The notes under the pieces are model-generated. The model ran no database searches, had not been told where the DNA came from, and saw nothing but the letters and a program-made list of their open reading frames with translations. A stretch of DNA of 64,000 nt from an uncultured bacterium (GTDB taxonomy: Bacteria; Bacillota_I; Bacilli_A; RFN20; CAG-826): positions 39,495 through 103,494 of the forward strand of contig CASEVI010000004.1 of the NCBI GenBank assembly GCA_949291375.1, read 5' to 3'. Position numbers and translations under genes: made by a program. How positions within the stretch are numbered: position 1 is the first letter of the stretch; each line of letters begins with the position of its first letter. Positions 38,086 through 44,547 of this stretch are shown here, one piece after another.

Positions 38086-40781
38086 ATATATTCTCCATCT
38101 ACTTCTTTAAGTTCATCTTTATCAAAATAATTCCAGCAACGTTTACATTTTTCACCTTCATGATGAATAACTTTAACATAAGCTACTTTTCCTTTATTTT
38201 CAGTTAATGAATCATCAAAAACAAGTGAAGAAACAATTAAAAGTTTAGTTAATTCACTATTAGAAACTTCTTTTAATAAATCTTTTAAAGAAGAATCAAA
38301 AACATTAACAAATACTTTTGCTTCTTGATTTGATTTAATTACACCTTCGTTTCTATTCTTTTCACATTCTTTAAAGACATCTTCTCTTAAAGAAAGTAAT
38401 AAATTATATTTATCTAATAAAGATTTATCATAATCATGAGATTCTTTTAACATTGGATAAAGTTGAACATTTTTTTTGCTTCTAAATGGATAATTTTGAT
38501 TAACTTCTTCCATTGTAAAAGGAAGGATTGAATTAAGTAAAACCATTAAAGAATATGTAATTTCATTTAAAACTTTAACGACTTGTTTTCTTCTTAATGA
38601 TGAAACATCTTCACAATATAAAATATCTTTTGTGATATCTAAATAGAATGAAGATAAATCACTTGACATAAAATTCATGATTTTAGTCATTGCATTAATA
38701 AAATCATAGTTTGTAAATGAGGCTAAATAATCATTTTTAACACTTTCAAATTTAGCTAAAACACATTTATCAATTAATTCAGTAATTTCAATATTTTCTT
38801 TAGGATCAAACGTAGAAATATTTCCTAATAAGAACTTAAATGTATTTCTAATTTTACGATATTGTTCGCTAATTGTTTTTATAATTCCTTCAGATAATCT
38901 AACATCTTGTTGATAATCAATTAATGAAGCCCAAAGTCTAAGAGTATCTGATCCATAAACTTCAATAATTTTAAGTGGATCAATACCATTTCCTTTAGAT
39001 TTAGACATTTTTTCCCATTTTTCATCCATAACGAAACCATGAGAAACTACTTCTTTATATGGAGCAACATCATTATTTGCAACGCTTAAAATAAGAGATG
39101 AATTAAACCAGCCTCTATATTGATCATTGCCTTCTAAATAAAGATCAGCTGGATATTTTAATCCTCTTTCTTTTAAAACTCCATTCCAAGAAGAACCACT
39201 ATCAAACCAAACATCCATAATATCTTTTTCTTTTCTAAATAAACCATTTGGAGAATGTGGATTTGTATAATTTTCAGGTAATAAGTCTTTTGCTTCTTTT
39301 TCATACCAAACATTAGAGCCGAATTCTCTAAATAATTTTTCAATATGATCGAATACTTCTTTTTCAATAATTGGAGTATTATCTTCGCAATAAATAATAG
39401 GAAGTGGAACACCCCAAATTCTTTGTCGACTAATACACCAATCATTACGATCTTTAATCATGTTGACCATTCTTGTTTCACCCCAAGAAGGTAGCCACCT
39501 AACACCATGAATTTTTTCAATTAATTCATCTCTAATTGGATCAATTGAACAGAACCATTGATCAGTTGCTCTAAAAATTACTGGTTTATGTGTACGCCAA
39601 TCATGTGGATAAGAGTGAACAATATCTTCTTCTTTTAATAACGAATGATTTTCTTCTAAGATTTTTAAAACTTCTTCATTAGCATCTTCATAGAACAAGC
39701 CTTCAAGTCTAGGACCAGCTTCTTTAGTCATTTTTCCATGTTCATCGACTGGACAATATGGTTTAATTCCATATTTTAAGCAAACTAAATAGTCGTCTTC
39801 ACCATGTCCAGGAGCAATATGAACAAGACCAGAACCACTATCAGCAGTAACATAATCCCCTAAAATTAAAACTGATTCACGATCATAGAAAGGATGTTTT
39901 GCCTTTAATCCTTCTAATTCGGTTCCTTTAAATTCTTTAATTAAATCACATTTTGTTAAATTAAGTTGTTCTTTTATAGAATTTTCTAGGTCTCTAAGGA
40001 AAACTAATTTTCCTAAATTAGTATCAAATAAACCATAAATAAAATCTGGGTTAGCACAAATTGCAAGGTTAGCAGGTAATGTCCAAGGAGTTGTTGTCCA
40101 AATAACAAATTTTGCATCATTAGGAATTAAATCTTTTCCATCTAAACAATCAAAAGCTACGAAAATAGTTTTAGCTTTTACGTCTTTATATTCAATTTCA
40201 GCTTCAGCTAAAGCTGATTCACTTGATGGAGACCAATAAACTGGTTTTAAACCTTTATAAATTAAGCCTTTTAAAGCCATAGAAGCAAAACAATGAATTT
40301 CATTTGCTTCAAATTCTTTATATAAAGTTAAATAAGGTTGATCATAATCGCCTAAACAGCCAAGACGAATAATATCGCTTTTTTGTTTTTCAACCTGTTC
40401 TAAAGCATAGTCATAACATTTTTTTCTAAATTCAACTACTGGTGTAGTTTTTCTATTTACTCCATTTTTAGTGACCATGTTTTCAATTGGAAGACCATGA
40501 GTATCCCACCCAAAAATAAATGGGGTGTTATATCCTTCCATATTTTTAAATCTAACAATAAAGTCTTTAAGTAAACGATTTAACATATGTCCACAATGCA
40601 TTGCACCATTAGCATATGGAGGACCATCATGAAGCATGAAAGTTAAATCTTTATTTTCGTTCATCTTTTTATAAATATCTTCATCTTGCCATTTTTTTAA
40701 ATAAACAGGTTCTTTTTTATTTAAATTACCTCTCATTTCAAAATTTGTTTTTGGCATTAATAGACTTGATTTTAAATCCAT
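38052..40781 (-). CDS. ileS: Isoleucyl-tRNA synthetase.
   Basis: HIGH motif (PYANGAMHCGH), KMSKS, and a C-terminal Zn finger CKRCWNYF...CPRC. A TAGGAGG Shine-Dalgarno sequence lies upstream of the ATG. Confidence 0.9.
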   Translation of the reverse strand: MDLKSSLLMPKTNFEMRGNLNKKEPVYLKKWQDEDIYKKMNENKDLTFMLHDGPPYANGAMHCGHMLNRLLKDFIVRFKNMEGYNTPFIFGWDTHGLPIENMVTKNGVNRKTTPVVEFRKKCYDYALEQVEKQKSDIIRLGCLGDYDQPYLTLYKEFEANEIHCFASMALKGLIYKGLKPVYWSPSSESALAEAEIEYKDVKAKTIFVAFDCLDGKDLIPNDAKFVIWTTTPWTLPANLAICANPDFIYGLFDTNLGKLVFLRDLENSIKEQLNLTKCDLIKEFKGTELEGLKAKHPFYDRESVLILGDYVTADSGSGLVHIAPGHGEDDYLVCLKYGIKPYCPVDEHGKMTKEAGPRLEGLFYEDANEEVLKILEENHSLLKEEDIVHSYPHDWRTHKPVIFRATDQWFCSIDPIRDELIEKIHGVRWLPSWGETRMVNMIKDRNDWCISRQRIWGVPLPIIYCEDNTPIIEKEVFDHIEKLFREFGSNVWYEKEAKDLLPENYTNPHSPNGLFRKEKDIMDVWFDSGSSWNGVLKERGLKYPADLYLEGNDQYRGWFNSSLILSVANNDVAPYKEVVSHGFVMDEKWEKMSKSKGNGIDPLKIIEVYGSDTLRLWASLIDYQQDVRLSEGIIKTISEQYRKIRNTFKFLLGNISTFDPKENIEITELIDKCVLAKFESVKNDYLASFTNYDFINAMTKIMNFMSSDLSSFYLDITKDILYCEDVSSLRRKQVVKVLNEITYSLMVLLNSILPFTMEEVNQNYPFRSKKNVQLYPMLKESHDYDKSLLDKYNLLLSLREDVFKECEKNRNEGVIKSNQEAKVFVNVFDSSLKDLLKEVSNSELTKLLIVSSLVFDDSLTENKGKVAYVKVIHHEGEKCKRCWNYFDKDELKEVDGEYICPRCLKVLKK

Positions 40782-40789
40782 AGTTTATT

Positions 40790-41127
40790 TTTTCCTCCTA
40801 CCATTTAAGTTAATAATAAAATAAAAAAATCCTTAGAAAATTTAAATTTTCTAAGGACGAATTACCGCGTTACCACCTTAGTTATTAATATAAATTTATT
40901 ATTAATAAAATTATATTAATCACTTAATTTATAGTTGTAGTTATAATTATTTTTTTAAAAAAATAATAAAGAATATAAAAGTGATATTTTTAAGGTTTAA
41001 TTGATATCTTTTCACCAAACTATATCTCGCTAATAATTAAATAATCTCAAAAACGTGTCTTTTACCTCTAAAAATATATAATAAATTAATAAAAAAGTCC
41101 ATAAAAATCGGATAAATGTTCAGCTTT
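40790..41127 (-). promoter_or_regulatory. T-box riboswitch leader of ileS.
   Basis: The minus strand reads ...CTAAGGTGGTAACGCGGTAATTCGTCCTTAGAAAATTTAAATTTTCTAAGGATTTTTTT. The T-box-like sequence AGGTGGTAACGCGG overlaps the 5' half of a terminator hairpin (40830-40857) that is followed by a U7 tract. Upstream lie AGAG and an AUCA element, a candidate Ile specifier. A -10-like TATAAT sits near 41135-41140. Confidence 0.65.
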
Positions 41128-41489
41128 TTTAATTATTATATATATTTTTTCATTGAATAAAATATTAATAAATATTTGCTATGAAAACCAGAATAAACAT
41201 TAAAAAATAATTCAAAAGTTTTTTTGTTAATCTTTATAACTATTAATAAAATTATAGAAAGAATTATTCAATTTATGAAATTATTTTTATTAAGAGTGAC
41301 AAAAAATAGTTTATCTATATTAATTTTAAAAACAGTTAAAAAATTTAACTTAAAAGTGAATATTTTTCTATATTAGAAGCATTCTTGTATGTTATACGGG
41401 TTGGGTGATCCTTTTTATATAAGAATCCCATTCTTATTTTATATATATGTATAAATAAGTTATTAGTTATATAAGATATATTAGTAATT

Positions 41490-41546
41490 ATTAAAATAAA
41501 AAGAAAAAATGCTTTAGCGTTTATTTTTTAATAAACCTAAAGCATT
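41490..41546 (-). terminator. Strong rho-independent terminator on the minus strand inside the non-coding gap.
   Basis: A ~17-bp stem with one bulge (AATGCTTTAGCGTTTATT-tttt-AATAAAC-CTAAAGCATT). On the minus strand it is followed by UUUUCUUUUUUAUUUU. Confidence 0.6.
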
Positions 41547-41829
41547 TAATATAAGAAATAATAACTTTTATATTTATTAATACATCACTTAAATTTAAAT
41601 TAGCAAACATAATAATATCTAACTCTTCTTTTTTCTACCTTTCAAAATATTTATATAAATCAATAACAACAATTCTTTATTTATTTAAACCTTCGTTAGT
41701 ATAAAGAAAAGATTTTATAAATAAAGAAAAAGATGAAAAAGAAACATTTATTACATTATTATTTTCATAAGCTATTTAAATAAAATATACGACAATTATC
41801 ACTGATTTAAAACTTCTATGAAAATAAAA

Positions 41830-41843
41830 TGAAAGTGCTTTCA
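41830..41843. promoter_or_regulatory. cre-like palindrome TGAAAGTGCTTTCA (TG instead of CG at the centre).
   Basis: The site fits TGWAANCGNTNWCA at all but the central C. A near-copy lies at 42365-42378, sharing a ~25-nt context AATGAAAGTGCTTwCAcA..TTATTTTTA. Confidence 0.35.
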
Positions 41844-41865
41844 CAATTTTTATTTAATTTCTTTA

Positions 41866-41902
41866 TCTTAAAGAAAAACGCTTTGAAAATATAATTCAAA
41901 GC
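41866..41902 (-). terminator. Rho-independent terminator on the minus strand downstream of the small ORF.
   Basis: A perfect 8-bp stem GCTTTGAA-aatataa-TTCAAAGC, followed on the minus strand by GUUUUUCUUU. Confidence 0.55.
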
Positions 41903-42017
41903 ATCTTCTTTAAGGAGAAATTAAATAATTTTTACATTACTTTATATAATAAAATTAGAAATTCTAATTTTATTAACGGATATTAAAACATTTATTAAGT
42001 ATATTTTTTAAGATTAA

Positions 42018-42167
42018 TTAGAAATCTCTTTCAACTTTAATAAAACCAGCAGAAGGAACATAATTTCCTAAAGCACTATAGAAATTACCAACGCCGACTA
42101 TTTCTACTTCTTTTTCGTTGTTATTTTCTTCTTCTCTATAATTGTATTCATATTTATCATTAAACAT
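42018..42167 (-). CDS. Small ORF of 49 aa with an acidic N-terminal half and a Gly/aromatic C-terminal half. The track does not list it. Sequence: MFNDKYEYNYREEENNNEKEVEIVGVGNFYSALGNYVPSAGFIKVERDF.
   Basis: An AGGAGG Shine-Dalgarno sequence lies 8 nt upstream of the ATG, and a perfect 8-bp hairpin sits in the 5' UTR at 42198-42222. A cre site lies upstream and a terminator 117 nt downstream. The ORF sits in an otherwise non-coding gap. Confidence 0.5.
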   Translation of the reverse strand: MFNDKYEYNYREEENNNEKEVEIVGVGNFYSALGNYVPSAGFIKVERDF

Positions 42168-42285
42168 AATTTTACGCCTCCTTTAAATATATAAGGTTTT
42201 ATCTTCAACTTCTTTGATTGAAGATGACATTATTGTAAATGATTTTTTTAAAATTAAATAATTTTTGAGCAAAAATTAAAAAAAA

Positions 42286-42299
42286 TGAAAACGTTTTCA
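42286..42299. promoter_or_regulatory. Perfect, perfectly palindromic cre site TGAAAACGTTTTCA, a CcpA-type catabolite-responsive element.
   Basis: It matches the cre consensus TGWAANCGNTNWCA at every position. It lies between the SGNH-operon terminator and the small ORF, about 120 nt upstream of that ORF's start. Confidence 0.55.
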
Positions 42300-42313
42300 A
42301 TAATTTTCATAAA

Positions 42314-42346
42314 TTAAAAAAGCCGATAATAATCGACTTTTTTTAA
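42314..42346. terminator. Bidirectional rho-independent terminator downstream of the SGNH esterase gene.
   Basis: The hairpin AGCCGAT-aata-ATCGACT is flanked by an A run and a T7 run. On the minus strand it reads AGUCGAUUAUUAUCGGCU followed by U6. Confidence 0.6.
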
Positions 42347-42364
42347 TTTTTATTTAGTTTCGAA

Positions 42365-42378
42365 TGAAAGTGCTTACA
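42365..42378. promoter_or_regulatory. cre-like palindrome TGAAAGTGCTTACA between the SGNH gene stop and its terminator.
   Basis: One central mismatch to the cre consensus. It is the repeat copy of the 41830 motif. Confidence 0.3.
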
Positions 42379-42393
42379 GTTATTTTTAAAAAT

Positions 42394-43182
42394 TTATTTA
42401 TAATTATTATTAACTAATCCAGTACCAATAAATGGAATCTTTCTAAAGTCATCAGGATATTTCCTTATAATATAATCAATATAATTGCCAAAAGCTAACG
42501 CTAAAGAATAATAACCTAAAGGATTTGGATGAAATCCCATAGCAATTTTATTTCTAGCCTCTTCATCATATAGAAAAAGATATTCTGTAAAATCAATCAA
42601 ATAAGTATAAGTAAAAAGTTTGACAACTTTTTTCATCTCTTCTCTAACTTCTCTTACTACTTTTGTTCTTTCTGGAGACAAATTGTCAATCTGGAGTGAT
42701 GTTAAAAAAATTCTCGAATCAGGTTCAATTAATTTTAATTTAGATATTACTTTTCCAAGATAACCAAAATAAGTGTCATTGTTTTTTGAAGAATCTTTTA
42801 TATTTATATCATCAATTGACCCAACCTTTTGATTATATACAAACAAATCATTATTACCTAAAAAAATAATATAGGCTTGTTCTTTTTTCCAAAAATTATT
42901 TTTATCAGCCCAAGTTTCATAAAACTCTTTGAATGTCATTCCACCGCGAGAAAAATTATCATATTTAGTTCCTGTAATTCTTTCAAGAATAGAAGGCCAG
43001 GAATATTCGTACATATCGTGATAAGTTATTTCACCTTTATCATTTGTTGATTCAAACTCACCACTGCTCAAAGAATCACCTATAACACCTATTTTTTTAA
43101 AAATAGAAGCGAATCCACAATTATCTTTAATTATATCAAGTGGTTTTTCTCCTTCTTGAAGTTCAAATATTTTTTTCATCAT
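42394..43182 (-). CDS. Cytoplasmic GDSL/SGNH-family esterase/lipase.
   Basis: GDSL motif VIGDSLSSG near the N-terminus, a GNND block and a C-terminal GFHPN (the DxxH region). There is no signal peptide. The start overlaps the upstream lipoprotein gene stop, which suggests translational coupling. Confidence 0.7.
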   Translation of the reverse strand: MMKKIFELQEGEKPLDIIKDNCGFASIFKKIGVIGDSLSSGEFESTNDKGEITYHDMYEYSWPSILERITGTKYDNFSRGGMTFKEFYETWADKNNFWKKEQAYIIFLGNNDLFVYNQKVGSIDDINIKDSSKNNDTYFGYLGKVISKLKLIEPDSRIFLTSLQIDNLSPERTKVVREVREEMKKVVKLFTYTYLIDFTEYLFLYDEEARNKIAMGFHPNPLGYYSLALAFGNYIDYIIRKYPDDFRKIPFIGTGLVNNNYK

Positions 43183-43901
43183 ATTGATGTCCTCTTATCT
43201 AATTCAATGTTATATTCGATTTTAATAGTATTTAATATTTTATCTTTTGTTTCAATTATTGTGCCATCATAATAATAATCTTTCAACATACCTTCCTTAG
43301 TTACAGTATAATCTGTATTAAAAATAGCGCCTTCATAAGTCATATCATTAATTAGTTGATATCTTAAAAGGCCGTCTTCACTAATAGAAAAATTTATATG
43401 CCATTTTTCAGCACTTATTTTTATTAAATCACCGTAATATAATCCGCCACGGTAATAATCATATGTTTTATCTTTATAAAAAAATGACGTGATAGAATCG
43501 TTAATTTTAGTTTTATCGACAGTTAAATCTTTTCGAACTCCATCAGTGATTTCACAACCATATGTTTTACTTTCGTCAATGTATTTAAGAACTTCTTTTT
43601 CTTTAACATCATCTTCTTGAACCAAGCTTCCTTCATATGTTCTATATAAATATAAATAAGGTAATTTTTCATTACTTCTATCAAATTCAAAATAGCAATA
43701 AGCTTTGCCAATTTCTTCTCCACTAGAGTTATATTCATAATTATAATATTCTAAAGAAGCTGTAAATATATTATCTAAGGCTTTATTAATTGAAAAACCT
43801 TCAATATAATCTCTTATCGGTCCTTCAGGAATCTTAGAATTACATGAACATAGTGTGAAAATTGAAATTAATAATAAAATTTTTAAATATCTCTTTTTCA
43901 T
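43179..43901 (-). CDS. Hypothetical lipoprotein of 240 aa, Tyr-rich.
   Basis: Lipoprotein signal MKKRYLKILLLISIFTLCSC with lipobox LCSC. Confidence 0.6.
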   Translation of the reverse strand: MKKRYLKILLLISIFTLCSCNSKIPEGPIRDYIEGFSINKALDNIFTASLEYYNYEYNSSGEEIGKAYCYFEFDRSNEKLPYLYLYRTYEGSLVQEDDVKEKEVLKYIDESKTYGCEITDGVRKDLTVDKTKINDSITSFFYKDKTYDYYRGGLYYGDLIKISAEKWHINFSISEDGLLRYQLINDMTYEGAIFNTDYTVTKEGMLKDYYYDGTIIETKDKILNTIKIEYNIELDKRTSI

Positions 43902-43902
43902 A

Positions 43903-43941
43903 ATTTTTTTAAAAATAATAAGGTTGGTTTATACCAACCTT
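43903..43941 (-). terminator. Hairpin with a U-tract between the two lipoprotein genes; a terminator or attenuator.
   Basis: A perfect 8-bp stem AAGGTTGG-tttata-CCAACCTT, followed on the minus strand by AUUAUUUUUAAAAAA. It ends only about 2 nt before the downstream gene's start codon. Confidence 0.45.
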
Positions 43942-43963
43942 ATTATAATACAATATTTACAAT

Positions 43964-44524
43964 TTAATTATATGAATAAGTACAATATCCATAAACTGAA
44001 TTTAAATAACTATCTGTTTGAGCATTTACAGATTCAAAGTTTTCTTTTATCAAATAGCCATTCGAATCATAAGTCAAATCTAAATTCCATTTAGCTGTAA
44101 TTTCCATTCCGAATCGTCTTATGATTAATCTTTTATTAATTGAGAATGTTTTAAAAGATAAACCATTTTCACTCGTTGAATAGCAATATACAGTATCAAT
44201 AGAGTCGGTAGTTGTAAATTTAGAAATAATCGAATTATATTGATCTTCTAAATTTTCACTATTTAACTTTAAAGGCAATCCTAAATAAAATGAAGTTTCT
44301 TCTGAATCAAATGTCTTATCTGTTCCGCTAGCAGCATATTCATCCCCAGTTAAGCCCTTACAATTAAATTCTCCTACGTAAGAATAGGTTTTGTAATCAA
44401 TATCTTTAAATGTTGAAGCAATATTTTCTATTTCTTCGTAAGATAAATAACCTTTAGGGGCGCCACATGCTGTCAAAACCATTGCTAATGAGCCCAAGAC
44501 TAACATTTTAAATTTATTTTTCAT
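43964..44524 (-). CDS. Hypothetical lipoprotein of 186 aa.
   Basis: Lipoprotein signal MKNKFKMLVLGSLAMVLTACG with lipobox LTAC. Confidence 0.6.
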   Translation of the reverse strand: MKNKFKMLVLGSLAMVLTACGAPKGYLSYEEIENIASTFKDIDYKTYSYVGEFNCKGLTGDEYAASGTDKTFDSEETSFYLGLPLKLNSENLEDQYNSIISKFTTTDSIDTVYCYSTSENGLSFKTFSINKRLIIRRFGMEITAKWNLDLTYDSNGYLIKENFESVNAQTDSYLNSVYGYCTYSYN

Positions 44525-44547
44525 GTTAACTTCTCCTTAACTCATTA

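Noticed and set aside
39173-39445. 90-aa minus-strand ORF within ileS.
   Set aside because: Alternative frame of ileS.
41827-42378. Interpreting the TG-centre palindromes at 41830 and 42365 as functional CcpA cre sites.
   Set aside because: The central CG is the most conserved part of cre. I list them as cre-like only. The two CG-centre sites (42286 and 54126) are the confident ones.
43523-44094. 71-aa minus-strand and 79-aa plus-strand ORFs overlapping the lipoprotein genes and intergenic hairpin.
   Set aside because: They overlap lipoprotein genes with clear signal peptides. The plus-strand ORF spans a terminator hairpin and is low-complexity.
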